Assembly: GCA_000092065.1 (NCBI GenBank)
Contig: CP000584.1
DNA: 64,000 nt
Source of the DNA: Ostreococcus lucimarinus
Taxonomy: Eukaryota
Direction: 5' to 3' (one strand)
Shown here: positions 30,550 to 41,174 of the stretch, piece by piece
Numbering within the stretch: the first letter of the stretch is position 1
Layout of the letters: each line of letters starts with the position of its first letter
Notes under the pieces: generated by a model
Seen by the model: the letters and a program-made list of their open reading frames with translations, nothing else
Database searches by the model: none
Told to the model about the DNA's origin: nothing
Program-made: the position numbers and the translations under genes

Positions 30550-32783
30550 TTACTTTTCGCCCTCCTTCTTTTCCTCGGAGACGGTCTCGCCTTCGTACGT
30601 GTTCCCCTCGGATGCGGCGCCCGAGGCGGCACCGCCGGCGTTAAGCGCCTCGCCGATCTTCATCACGGCTTGTTGGAGACCATTGATCGCTTCGCGGAGC
30701 TTGGCGAGGTCTTCGCCCTCGGCCGCGGAGCGCACCTCGGCTTGAGCGTTGGTGATGGCGTCCTTGACGTCTTGCGGCAACTTGTCGCCGTGCTCGCTCA
30801 AGTTCTTATCGGCGCTGTAAACCAACGTATCAGCCTCGTTTCTCACTTCAATGAGTTCCTTTCTCTGCTTGTCGGACTCAGCGTGCGACTCCGCGTCGCG
30901 AACCATTTGCTCGATGTCCGCGTCGGACAAACCGCCAGAGGACTGAATGGTGACCTTTTGTTCCTTATTCGTAGCCTTGTCCTTGGCGCTCACGTTCACG
31001 ATGCCGTTGGCGTCGATGTCGAACGTGACTTCAATTTGCGGGACGCCGCGCGGCGCGGGCGGGATGCCGACGAGGTCGAACTGGCCGAGTGTCTTGTTAT
31101 CCGCCGCCATCTCTCGCTCGCCTTGCAACACCTTGATGCCGACTTGAGTTTGGTTGTCAGCAGCGGTGGAGAACGTTTGACTCTTCTTCGTCGGAATCGT
31201 GGTGTTACGGCTGATCAAGCGCGTGAACACACCACCCAAGGTTTCGATGCCGAGAGAGAGCGGGGTGACGTCCAAGAGCAAAATGTCCTTGACGTCGCCG
31301 CGAAGGACGCCCCCTTGGATGGCGGCGCCCATGGCGACGACTTCATCCGGGTTCACCCCCTTGCTCGGGTCGCGGCCGAAGAGATCTTTGACGATACCTT
31401 GCACCTTGGGCATGCGAGACATACCACCGACGAGCAACACTTCGGAGATTTCACCCGTGCTCACACCCGCATCCTTCAAGCAGTTCTTGCACGGTTGCTT
31501 GGTGCGCTCGAGAAGACTACCCACGAGCTCTTCGAGCTTGGCGCGCGAGAGCGTCATCGCCATGTGCTTCGGGCCCGACGCATCGGCAGTGATGAACGGC
31601 AAGTTGATGTCCGTGCTTTGCGCGGAAGACAACTCAATCTTCGCCTTTTCAGCGGCTTCGCGGAGACGCTGCACGGCGAGCTTGTCTTGCTTGAGGTCGA
31701 TGCCTTGGTCCTTCTTGAAGTTATCAACGAAATGGTCCAACAATACGGTGTCGAAATCTTCCCCACCCAAGAACGTATCACCATTCGTGGCCTTGACTTC
31801 GAACACACCGCCGGAAATCTCGAGGATGGAGACGTCGAAGGTACCGCCACCCAAATCGTAGACGGCGACGAGGCCCTCCTTCTTGTCGACGCCGTACGAA
31901 AGCGCGGCAGCAGTAGGCTCGTTGATGATGCGAAGAACGTCGAGACCGGCAATCTTACCCGCATCCTTCGTCGCCTGTCTTTGAGCATCGTTGAAATACG
32001 CCGGCACGGTGACGACGGCTTGCGACACGCCGTGTCCCAAGTACGCCTCCGCCGTTTCCTTCATCTTTTGCAACACGAAGGCGCCCACCTGGGAGGGAGA
32101 ATATTGCTTCCCACCGGCGGCAACCCAGGCGTCGCCGTTCGACGCCTTGACAATTTCATACGGCACGAGCTTGGCTTCCTTTTGCGTGTGCTCGTCCTCG
32201 AACGTGCGCCCAATGAGACGCTTCGTCGCGTACAAGGTATTCGTCGGGTTCGTCACCGCCTGCCGCTTCGCCGGCTGCCCGACCAAACGCTCCCCCTTAT
32301 CCGTGAACGCCACCATCGACGGCGTCGTTCGCGCGCCCTCGGCGTTCTCGATCACGCGCGCATTCTTTCCCTCCATCACCGCCACACACGAGTTCGTCGT
32401 TCCGAGATCGATCCCGATGACGTCGCCGCCCTTCGCGTACCCGCGCGTAAACGCCGCCGACGCCGCTCTCGCGTTCAACCATCCACCCTCGGGCGCGATC
32501 GCGTCTCGCGCCGCATATCTCTGTCGATAAAGAAAAATCACGCGATCGCGCGTCGTTCATCGTCAGTCCCGCGTCCATCGCCGCGTCTCTCGTCCCGCGT
32601 CGCCGTCGTCCCGAACCTCTCCCGCGCGCGTCCCGACCGCGCGCGTCGAGACCCCCCCCCCGCCGTCCTCCCCGCGCCCGTTCGCCCGTTCGCGTCGCGT
32701 CGATTCGCGCGTCGCGCGCGCCGACGCACGTGCACCGCGCTTCTCGTCGCCCGCGCCGCGCTCTCGCGCAAAAACCGCCGCAT
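30550..32783 (-). CDS. mitochondrial HSP70 (DnaK-type, mortalin/HSC70-9-like); complement(join(30550..32520,32730..32783))
   Basis: [37 protein letters not shown] is diagnostic of mitochondrial HSP70. The presequence exon [18 protein letters not shown] joins to [13 protein letters not shown]...[17 protein letters not shown]. The intron has donor GTGCGT, a gactgac branch and a pyrimidine tract before cag. Confidence 0.85.
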
Positions 32784-33085
32784 CGTTCGTCGTCCCGCCG
32801 TCGATCGAAGCAATCTTCGTCAACCTCCGATGCGTCGTCGTCGCGCTGTGCGTCTCGCTCGCGTCGCGCGCGTCTCGGCCTGTCGTCGCTCGAGCGCGCC
32901 GTCTGTCGATCTTCGTCGCGTCGCGCGCTCGGCCGTCGCGTCGTCGTGTGCGCGCGCGCGGCGTCGCGCCGCGCGTGACGTCGGCGCGATTTCGGCGCGC
33001 GAGTCCCCAGCGCTCGAGTCACGACTCGTCGATGGGTCTTTCACGCGCGCGTCGACGCCGTCGCGCGGCACACCGCGTCGCCGCG

Positions 33086-36000
33086 ATGACGGACGCGCCG
33101 CCGGCGCGCGGCGAGATCCTCGCGCACTTCTGGTCGCTGAGCGCCGACGACGCGTCGACGCGGAAGCGCGCGTGCGAGGCGCTGATGCGCGATCTTCGAG
33201 CCGCCGCCGCCGCCGACGGCGCGCGCGCGCGGCGTGGCGACGACGACGGCGACGAAGGCGCGGACGCGCGGGCGTACGCGCTGCGAAGACTCACGCGAGG
33301 GCTGAGCTCGGGACGGGCGGGCGCGAGGCAGGGGTTCGCGCTGGCGCTGAGCGAACTGGCGACGCACGCGGCGACGCCGGCGGAGGCGCTGGACGCGCTG
33401 GACGCGAACGTCGCGCCGATCACGAAGGCGACGAAGGGACAGGAGGCGAGAGACATACTGTTGGGAAGACTGTTCGGGGCGGCGGCGATCGGATTAGCGC
33501 TGGGAGGGCGAGAAGACGTGCGCGAGGAGGAGCGGAGACGGTGCGGGGCGGAGGTGGCGAGACGCGCGGAGACGCTGTCGAGGGAGAAGACGTACTTGGC
33601 GGAGCCCGCGGCGGCGTGCGTGATCGAGCTCAGGGCTTCGTTGGGGGACGAGACGTTCGCGGGGGTGGTCGAAGACGCGGGAGAAGGGTTGGAGCGGTGG
33701 TTGAGCGGGGATTGCGGCGGCGACGCCGGGGCGGATACGCTTTGGCTGGCGTGCGAGACGTTTGAGGCGTTGCCGCGCGAGACGCGCGATAGAGTTCAGT
33801 GCGTGCGGGCGACGAAGAAGGGCAAGAAGGTTGATTGGGCCGAGATGTTTACTCGAACGCATTTGAGTAAGATTTCAAAGGCGCTTTTGGACACCGCGCA
33901 CACGCACCCGCGCATGCACAGCGCGTGGGAGATGATGCTTCGCGAAGCCCCGGGAGCCCGAGGCGTCGTACCGCTGTGGGAGATTGTGTGCGAAGACGGC
34001 TTATTCGTCTCCGGCTCGCATCAGCGTCGGTTTCTCGGATTCCGCGTGTTCGACACCTTACTCTCTTCCGCGGAAGCTCACGAAATCCCCGCACTGTTTT
34101 CTAGCAACTTTATCAAGTGCTTGTTGAACAACCTGAGCGCGCCGGACAACTACCTCCACGAATGCGCGGTGGACTGTTTGGCGAGAATCGTTGCGTTCGC
34201 GTCGGATAAGAAGACGAGCTCGGAGAAGAAGATTGCCGTCATAGCCGCGCTTCAGCGTCAAGGTCCGACACGTTTCGATAACGTGACGAAGACAAACGCG
34301 GTGCAGGACTTGGTGAAGAGTCTGGACAGCGACGATGCGTTGCACTACTTGCAGAGCATGTACGCCGTCGTGACTAAGGCGCCCGTACAAGATTCCGACG
34401 TCGTCGGCACAGAAGAAGAACTCGCGAGCGCGTTAGCGAACGGTACGGGTCAAAAGCGCCGCCTGTGGGCGCTCGAACAAATGGCTGGATTGGCGCCGAT
34501 GCTCCCGAGCGATAAAGTCGTGGAATTGATGCAGTTTATGCTTTTCCACGCATATTACAAAGCCACGGATGGTAAGGCGGGGAAGAAGGGCAAGTCCAAC
34601 ATTCCAGCGAGCATCCTGAAGTCACCGCTCGAAGAACCCACCGGGTCCGTGCGCTCGGCGTGCTCGACGCGCTTCTTAGCGATGATCAATTCTAACGTTC
34701 GCGCGCAACGCGCGGCGGCAAGTAAGGAGTCGGATGACAAGCAAGACGTCGTCGATTTATTGAGCGAAGCCACTTCGTTTTGCCGCGCTCTCGAGGGCGA
34801 GACAGCGGTGGACATGATCGACAGTATTCCGGACGAGTGCAGAGAAGTGCGCGCTGAGCTGTTCAAAGCCCTCGACGCGTGTGTCGGTAGCGGCGACGAG
34901 TTGGCGGCGAAGGTCGCACCACTCATTCGCGTCTTGTCCGTGCTCCAAGTCGGTGACTGGCGCGAATTCACGCCGGCATTGCAGGACCTTCCGCGTTGCG
35001 TCGGAGAACTCGTGAATCCTAAGAAAAAGTCAAAAAAGTCGAAAAAGTCGAAGAAAGACGGAGAGGACGAGCCTGAAGCGATCGATGTGCTCACTGATAT
35101 TCTTCTCAGCTTGCTTGCTCAACCGAGCGCGTTGCTTCGGGATGTCGTCGAGCACACCTTCAAAGCCGTCTCTGGACAAGTTTCCAAAGAAGGTATTCAG
35201 GACATGCTGCGAATCATCGCCGGGCCAGAAGTCGGTGAAGATGCTGGCGAGGGTGAGGGCGACGGTGAAGACGAAGACGTGCTCATGGAAGATGATGATA
35301 GCGACGTCGATGACGACGATGACGACGACGAAGAGAGCGACGACGACGACGATGACGAAGAGAGCGATGACGAGGAAGACTACGGTGAAGCTAACGATGC
35401 GGAAATCGCGGCTATGCGCGCTGCGGCGAGTAAAATCGTCGGGACTGCGGCGGAAGATTCGGATGATTCTGACTCAGAGTCTGAAGGTATGGATGACGCC
35501 GCGATGTTCCGAATCGACAAACTTCTCGCCGAGGCGTTCAAGAGTCGACAGCAAGATTTGATGCGTAAGAAGAATCTGAAGCGCGCAACGCGCGACTTCA
35601 AATTCCGAGTCATCTCTTTGTTCCAGTTGTACGCGAAAGCGCAGCCGGGAAGTGCATATCTACCTAACGCGGTCGTAACACTCTTGGAAGCTATGCGCGA
35701 CTCGCTCGGCAAGCAAGATCCACAAAGCGCGCAACTCGCTGAGCGCATCGCGGCGCTAATCAGCAAGCACATCGCGCACGCGCGCGATTTGCCCGAGCTC
35801 CTTGGGGACGAGGTGACGTCAAAAACAATCCAGTCCAAGTTGCTGGAAGTCATTGTCGCCGCAAACCGGGGTGCCAGTGACGCGCAGGTGTTCAACAAAG
35901 CAGCCGGCGCTGCTGCGGCGTATTTGTTGCGCGTTCTCGAAGCCGTCGCTCTTCACGAGAAAGGCGGAAAAGCCGCAAAGGTGGGTGAAGAAGTTGCGAG

Positions 36001-36706
36001 CGAAAATGCGATCGATTGTTTCCGCGAAGCATTGAAAATGTTCAAGTCGAAGAAGAGCAAGCTGAAAACGGGCTTCTTTTCGCAAACTTTTGCGAGACAT
36101 CCGGCGCTCGCTTCGGCGCTCTTGCCCGAATTGTTCAGTCTCGTCGCCATCGATGCCGACAAACCCAACGCAAGAGGCGAGTTCCTGCGACTGGAGGCCT
36201 TGAAACTTGTGAACCCAGTGATTCAGTCGGGTAAGAAACGTTATCCGCCGTTGGCGAAGAGCGCGACCAAGTCGATGAAGACGCTTTCGGTATCTTTGGC
36301 GGCAGCCATCGGCGCGCCTTATAAGAACAAGAACACACGCGCAGACGCGTGCCAACAAGCGGCGAACTGCATCGAGTCACTGAATCGATTGATTGGCGAG
36401 ATAGAAATCAAGACTATCATCGACGTCGACGCCATCATCGACGCTGTGGCGAAGCAAATGTCTCGCCCGCCCGCGTTGCCGCAAAAGGCGCAAAAAGCGT
36501 TCCAGCGCATTTGCGCTCTCCTCGATCGCGCTGTGCCGGATGTCGAAATGCAACCCAAGAGCGATGCGAACGACGACGACGGCGACGACGGGAGCGAGTC
36601 TGAAGAAGACGCCCCGAAACAGAAGAAAGATAAAAAGTCGAAGAAGCGGCGCGATTCCTCAGGTGGCGAAAACTCGAGCAAGAAAAAGGTCAAGAAGAAC
36701 CGTTAG
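33086..36706 (+). CDS. DNA polymerase phi / Pol5 / MYBBP1A-like nucleolar protein
   Basis: N-terminus FWSLSADDASTRKRACEALMRDL...AYALRRLTRGLSSGRAGARQGFALALSEL matches yeast Pol5 (SYVLNRLIKGLSSDRNSARLGFSLCLTEV). LTDILLSLLAQPSALLRDV also matches. Acidic D/E block and KKSKKSKKSKK present. Confidence 0.75.
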   Translation: MTDAPPARGEILAHFWSLSADDASTRKRACEALMRDLRAAAAADGARARRGDDDGDEGADARAYALRRLTRGLSSGRAGARQGFALALSELATHAATPAEALDALDANVAPITKATKGQEARDILLGRLFGAAAIGLALGGREDVREEERRRCGAEVARRAETLSREKTYLAEPAAACVIELRASLGDETFAGVVEDAGEGLERWLSGDCGGDAGADTLWLACETFEALPRETRDRVQCVRATKKGKKVDWAEMFTRTHLSKISKALLDTAHTHPRMHSAWEMMLREAPGARGVVPLWEIVCEDGLFVSGSHQRRFLGFRVFDTLLSSAEAHEIPALFSSNFIKCLLNNLSAPDNYLHECAVDCLARIVAFASDKKTSSEKKIAVIAALQRQGPTRFDNVTKTNAVQDLVKSLDSDDALHYLQSMYAVVTKAPVQDSDVVGTEEELASALANGTGQKRRLWALEQMAGLAPMLPSDKVVELMQFMLFHAYYKATDGKAGKKGKSNIPASILKSPLEEPTGSVRSACSTRFLAMINSNVRAQRAAASKESDDKQDVVDLLSEATSFCRALEGETAVDMIDSIPDECREVRAELFKALDACVGSGDELAAKVAPLIRVLSVLQVGDWREFTPALQDLPRCVGELVNPKKKSKKSKKSKKDGEDEPEAIDVLTDILLSLLAQPSALLRDVVEHTFKAVSGQVSKEGIQDMLRIIAGPEVGEDAGEGEGDGEDEDVLMEDDDSDVDDDDDDDEESDDDDDDEESDDEEDYGEANDAEIAAMRAAASKIVGTAAEDSDDSDSESEGMDDAAMFRIDKLLAEAFKSRQQDLMRKKNLKRATRDFKFRVISLFQLYAKAQPGSAYLPNAVVTLLEAMRDSLGKQDPQSAQLAERIAALISKHIAHARDLPELLGDEVTSKTIQSKLLEVIVAANRGASDAQVFNKAAGAAAAYLLRVLEAVALHEKGGKAAKVGEEVASENAIDCFREALKMFKSKKSKLKTGFFSQTFARHPALASALLPELFSLVAIDADKPNARGEFLRLEALKLVNPVIQSGKKRYPPLAKSATKSMKTLSVSLAAAIGAPYKNKNTRADACQQAANCIESLNRLIGEIEIKTIIDVDAIIDAVAKQMSRPPALPQKAQKAFQRICALLDRAVPDVEMQPKSDANDDDGDDGSESEEDAPKQKKDKKSKKRRDSSGGENSSKKKVKKNR

Positions 36707-36772
36707 ACGACGCACACTCGCACTAGTAGCAGTACACTCCGAGTTATAATACACCATCTCTATCTTAGTCTG

Positions 36773-37006
36773 TCACGCCTCTCCCGATATCTCCACGCGC
36801 TGTCGCTTCAACGAGGCCAAAATTTCGCGTCCTCGAGCCGCGTCCCGGTTCTGACGATGTCGTTTCGACGCCACGTGCGTCTCATAGTTGTTCCGCGACC
36901 CACACTTACACGCGCACACGTCGCAAAAGTAATCGTTCTCGCTTCCCGCGACGTGTGCGTCGTCCGATTTCGCCTCCACGACGTCGCCTTCCACCGCGCG
37001 CGCGTC

Positions 37007-37095
<89 letters not shown>

Positions 37096-37396
37096 CCGCC
37101 TCTCGCGCGCGCTTCCTCCCCACCGTCCGCGCCGCCTTCGCCGCCTTCCCCGCCTCGCCCGCCAGGAACCGCGCGCGCAATCGCTGTCGCGCCGCGACCG
37201 AGCGCGCCGAGCCGCCCTCGCCCAGCCGCACGCCCGCGAGTCCGCGATTCGTCGTCGCGACGCCGCCCTGGCCGCCGCCCTTGAACCCGTTCGACTTGAC
37301 GCTGACGTTTTTAATCTCGCGCGTCAGCCCGCGCCGACCGCCGAGATCGCGACTGGCCTTGGACGCGTGCCCGTCCTTCGGGCCGGGCGCGGGCAT
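36773..37396 (-). CDS. C2H2 (U1/matrin-type) zinc-finger protein with poly-Thr tracts
   Basis: YFCDVCACKCGSRNNYETHVASKRHRQN is a matrin/U1-type C2H2 finger. Poly-T/A tracts are encoded by (ACG/GCC)n arrays. Confidence 0.5.
37005..37100. repeat. compound trinucleotide microsatellite (GCC)n(GTC)n, coding poly-Thr on the minus strand
   Basis: gccgccgccgccgtcgtcgtcgtcgtcgtcgtcgtcgccgtcgccgccgtcgtcgtcg... read directly. Confidence 0.85.
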
Positions 37397-37474
37397 GACG
37401 GCGCGACCGAGAGTGACGACCGACGACGAAGAATGGCTCGTCGAAACGCGCCGACGAGGGAGAACGGAGTGGCA

Positions 37475-38167
37475 TCACAACGCGCGTAATTTATCCATGA
37501 TGGTCGGCTCGGGCGCGGGTAATAAATCGCGCGCCTCGTACAGACGCGATAAAATCCTGTCGCGCACCTCCGCGCTCATCTCCGCCGTGGCGCCGTTCTT
37601 CTTGTAAAACGCGCTCAACTCGCGCAGCGCCTCGGCGATGTCGGCGTACGACGCGCTCGAGGACGCCGACGCGCTCCCTCCGCCGCCATCGTACGATATG
37701 TACGCCTTCACCGCCTCCTTGGCCGGTTTCGCGAATTTATACCGCTCTCCCGGGGATTTATTCGCGTTTCGCGCCTCGTGCTCGAGCGACGTCGACAGCG
37801 CGTCGACGAGCTCGCGCGCGACTCTCGCGTAGTCCCTCGGGACGTCCTCCAGCGCGTTCGCCGCGTCCGTCGCCGTCGAGCACGCCCCCGCCGCGAGCGC
37901 GATCGCGTTCGTCGCGAAGAACGTTCGACGTCGCACGTCGCGCGCGTCCGCGCCGCCCGCGCCGTCGTCGTCGCGCGCCGTCGTCGACGTCGCGTCGTCG
38001 CCGCGCACCAGCCCGAGCGCCTCGCAGCGGAAGATTTCCCCGACGCACGGCGTCACGCGCACGAGATTCGCCCTCGAGCGCGGGTCGCACGCGCGCGCGG
38101 ACGCATCGCGTCGCGTCGCGCGCGTCGGCGTCGTCGCGCGCGTCGGCGTCGTCGCGCGCGTCGGCAT
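37475..38167 (-). CDS. PSB27: Psb27-like photosystem II assembly/repair protein with transit peptide plus twin-arginine (TAT) lumenal signal; alternative upstream ATG at 38479
   Basis: RRTFFATNAIALAAGAC is a TAT motif. The C-terminus ...YADIAEALRELSAFYKKNGATAEMSAEVRDRILSRLYEAR resembles Psb27 (NALAGHYNSFGATAPIPKKRLERLLQEL). Confidence 0.6.
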   Translation of the reverse strand: MPTRATTPTRATTPTRATRRDASARACDPRSRANLVRVTPCVGEIFRCEALGLVRGDDATSTTARDDDGAGGADARDVRRRTFFATNAIALAAGACSTATDAANALEDVPRDYARVARELVDALSTSLEHEARNANKSPGERYKFAKPAKEAVKAYISYDGGGGSASASSSASYADIAEALRELSAFYKKNGATAEMSAEVRDRILSRLYEARDLLPAPEPTIMDKLRAL

Positions 38168-38270
38168 CGCGCGTCGGCGTGTGCCGACCAACGGTCTCGT
38201 CGCGCGGCGCGCGCGCGGCCCGCACACGACGACGCGCGTCGCGTCGAGCCGCGTCGAGTCGCGCCGACGG

Positions 38271-38891
38271 ATGGCGACGCCGCGGACGCCGGCGCGCGCG
38301 CGCGCGACGGCGCGCGCGCGCGTCGACGCGCGCCGAGCGACGCGCGCGCGCGCGCGCGGGGAGAGTGCGCGCGCGGCGACGTCGGAAAACGCCGGCGCGC
38401 GCGTCGCGCTCGTCGCCGGCGCGCTCGCGGTGTCGCTGGCGCGCGACGTCGACGTCGCGAGGGCGTTCGTCGGCGACATCGCGCTCGACGACGTGCGGTA
38501 CGAGGCGATGGAGAGGTGTCCGGAGAATCAGTACGTGCCAAACAAACAGAAGACGACGTGCCTGCGGTTCACCGCGCGAGCGACGAATGCGGTGAAAGGA
38601 CGGACGATCGAGAGCGCGAACGTGTTTGGGTTCGTGGAAGACGCGCAAGGGAACAGCGCGGCGACGGTGAACGCGGATGGGAATTCGAGGACGGTGTTGG
38701 CGAGCATCGACGCGCCGATACCGAAGGGCGAGTCCGACGTGCACTTCGTCGTCACGGTGTTCAAGGACTCGTTGGAGAATAATGGGCCGTTGAGATTGAA
38801 AGCGTTCAAGGCGGTGGGATCGGTGGCGGATATCGATAAGCGGTTCACGCCGTTCGACGCGTGCGAGGTCGATCCGGACTCGTGTCTTTGA
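38271..38891 (+). CDS. hypothetical protein with plastid-type transit peptide
   Basis: High GC3 with normal composition (ERCPENQYVPNKQKTTCLRF...KAFKAVGSVADIDKRFTPFDACEVDPDSCL). Start set at the ATG at 38271; the track ORF starts at 38181. Confidence 0.5.
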   Translation: MATPRTPARARATARARVDARRATRARARGESARAATSENAGARVALVAGALAVSLARDVDVARAFVGDIALDDVRYEAMERCPENQYVPNKQKTTCLRFTARATNAVKGRTIESANVFGFVEDAQGNSAATVNADGNSRTVLASIDAPIPKGESDVHFVVTVFKDSLENNGPLRLKAFKAVGSVADIDKRFTPFDACEVDPDSCL

Positions 38892-38986
38892 TTTAGGCGG
38901 TTAATTTAATTACAAGGCGTGTGACGTGTTAAAATGCACATAAATGTTTAAGTCAAACATGCGTCCTCTTAAGACTTCTCTCTGCG

Positions 38987-40768
38987 CTAGTAAAGACCGA
39001 TGAACTTCCACCACGACATACCGACGGTGCCATAGATGAAAAAGTTTACCACGGACATGTACAAGCCCTGTTTCCAAAGCTTGTTCAAACTGATTTCACC
39101 CGCGCCAAAGTATACAGCAGCTTGTCCACTGGCGTAGTGCGTCAAACCACCCATGTTGTTCGTGTTGAATGCCAACGAAAGCGCCGCGAGCGGCGGTGGC
39201 ACGCCCGCCGCCAAGAGGAGCGTCAGGAACGCCGGATACAACGCGCCGACGTGCGCCGACTGAGACGCGAAGAAGTAGTGCAAGAAGAAGTAAAACACAT
39301 GGAGCGCTGTGAACATACCCCACACGCCCAAGTTCAGGCTCAAGAGGTACGTAGACACGAATCCACTCAACCAGGAGACGACGCCCATCGCGTTGAGCTG
39401 GCCGCTGAAACCGACCAAAACGGCGAACCAAATCAGCGTATCCCATGAGCCTTTTTGCCCGAGCGCTTCGTCCCAAGACAGCACGCCGAACATGAGCATG
39501 AAGCACATGCCAATCATGGCCGCAACTACGGCGCTGATACCGAGCTGGACGCCGAACACCCACAAAAACACAGTCAAACTGAGCGACCCGACCATCTTCT
39601 TCTCGATGCTACTCAAAGGGCCGAGTTGTTTGAGACGTTCTGCTGCCGCCATGGGCGCCTCCGGGGTCTCGTTCAGCTCCGGTGGATCGAGCATAAACAC
39701 TACGAACGGAGTAGCGAGAAGTGACACGAGCGCGGGCACGCTCGCCGCGACGAACCAAGTATTGAACGGGTTCGAGAATGGAATTCCGCTCTGCAGTGCG
39801 ATTTGCATCGCCAAAAAGTTTTGAGCGGCACCAGATAACAAAAATGTCGACGTCGCGCTCGTGCCTTGGATTTGTTGTCCGATGAGATACTCTCGCGTGC
39901 GCTTATCGAGCGACTTGATGACCGGTACGAAGACACCAGCCGCTCGCGCGGTGGTGGACGGCATCGCCGGCGAAAGCAACGCCTCGGCGATTTGAAAACC
40001 GTACGCGAGTGAAAGCGTCGTCCCACCCGCGATGGACACGAAAAGCAACGCCAATCTATCACCAAAGCCAGTTTTTATGAACGCCCTGGCAAAAAACCCC
40101 GTGACGACGATGAGCCACACGACCTCGTTCGTTATCGCGCTCATACCCTGCGTAAACGTAAGCGTCTTCGTCGCCAGCGCCACCGTCAACGCCCCGAACG
40201 CCCACGCCCCGATCGGCATCGGTTTCAGCACTAAACCCGTCACCGTACTCACAAATATACTCAACAAGTCCCACGCCGGTGGATCCAGCGCCGCTGGACA
40301 ACCGATCCCGAACCGCAAAAACGCCCCGACCCCGACGGCGACGAGCGCGTTCGTCACGTTCAACTCGTCCGCCTCCTCCACCACCGCTCTCGTCGTCGAC
40401 GCGCCTCCCGCCGCGCTCACCGTCACATCCACCGTCTCCTTCTCGCCGTCTCCATCACCGTTCGACGACCGCATCGCGACCCGTCTCGCGCGTCTCGTCG
40501 TCCCTCGCGCGTCTCCCAGACACCCGATCGCGCGTTCGCCTCCCCCGTCGCCTCCGACCGCGTCCCGTCGCGCGCGCGCGCCGACGCGAACGAACCCATC
40601 GTACACGCTTCGCGCCTTGGCCTCGCACGTCTCTCCTCGCGCGCGGCGTCGCGCGCCGACGTGCGCGAAACGCGTCGCTTTTTGATTCCGGCGGCTCGAC
40701 GCGCGCGCGCGCGCGCCGTCGCACCGCGATCGCTCGACGCCCAGCGCGGGCGCGGCGACGACGCGCAT
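38987..40768 (-). CDS. DIT: plastidic 2-oxoglutarate/malate (dicarboxylate) translocator, DASS/SLC13 family (DiT1/DiT2-like)
   Basis: GAWAFGALTVALATKTLTFTQGMSAITNEVVWLIVVTGFFARAFIKTGFGDRLALLFV...STTARAAGVFVP...WWKFIGLY is near-collinear with spinach/Arabidopsis DiT1. Confidence 0.85.
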   Translation of the reverse strand: MRVVAAPALGVERSRCDGARARASSRRNQKATRFAHVGARRRARGETCEAKARSVYDGFVRVGARARRDAVGGDGGGERAIGCLGDARGTTRRARRVAMRSSNGDGDGEKETVDVTVSAAGGASTTRAVVEEADELNVTNALVAVGVGAFLRFGIGCPAALDPPAWDLLSIFVSTVTGLVLKPMPIGAWAFGALTVALATKTLTFTQGMSAITNEVVWLIVVTGFFARAFIKTGFGDRLALLFVSIAGGTTLSLAYGFQIAEALLSPAMPSTTARAAGVFVPVIKSLDKRTREYLIGQQIQGTSATSTFLLSGAAQNFLAMQIALQSGIPFSNPFNTWFVAASVPALVSLLATPFVVFMLDPPELNETPEAPMAAAERLKQLGPLSSIEKKMVGSLSLTVFLWVFGVQLGISAVVAAMIGMCFMLMFGVLSWDEALGQKGSWDTLIWFAVLVGFSGQLNAMGVVSWLSGFVSTYLLSLNLGVWGMFTALHVFYFFLHYFFASQSAHVGALYPAFLTLLLAAGVPPPLAALSLAFNTNNMGGLTHYASGQAAVYFGAGEISLNKLWKQGLYMSVVNFFIYGTVGMSWWKFIGLY

Positions 40769-41174
40769 CGTCCGTTCGCTGCGCGGCTCGCACGCGCGGG
40801 CGCTCGCGCGTGCGCGTGTGAAGAGCGCGCCGCGCGCGAATCACTTTTTGGAAATGGTCACGCGGCGACGGTCGGCCGGTCGACGGCGCCGCGGGACGAC
40901 GAGCGAAACGCGAGAGCGAAGCGCGCGACGAAGCGCGCGAAATGGATGCATGGCCGCTGTGAATACACGCGAACTAATGATGATGCGCGAGAAAATCCGA
41001 GACGCACGCGCGGGAGACGGAATATCGACGCGAGCGGGGCGCGCCGAAGCGCGCGTGACCGCTCGCGCGTCACGGAGCGGAGAGGCTCGACGTCGTCTCC
41101 GCGGACGTTTGAAACGCGGATATATCGCGCGCGGCGTCGTCGATGGATGACGACGACGACGCGAAATAATGTGG

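Noticed and set aside
40967-41012. SECIS-like string AATGATGATGcgcgaGAAAATCCGAGA (ATGA...AAAA...GA) near the SelU gene
   Set aside because: It is on the plus strand, whereas the SelU mRNA is minus-strand. No plus-strand gene has a 3' UTR here. Likely coincidental.
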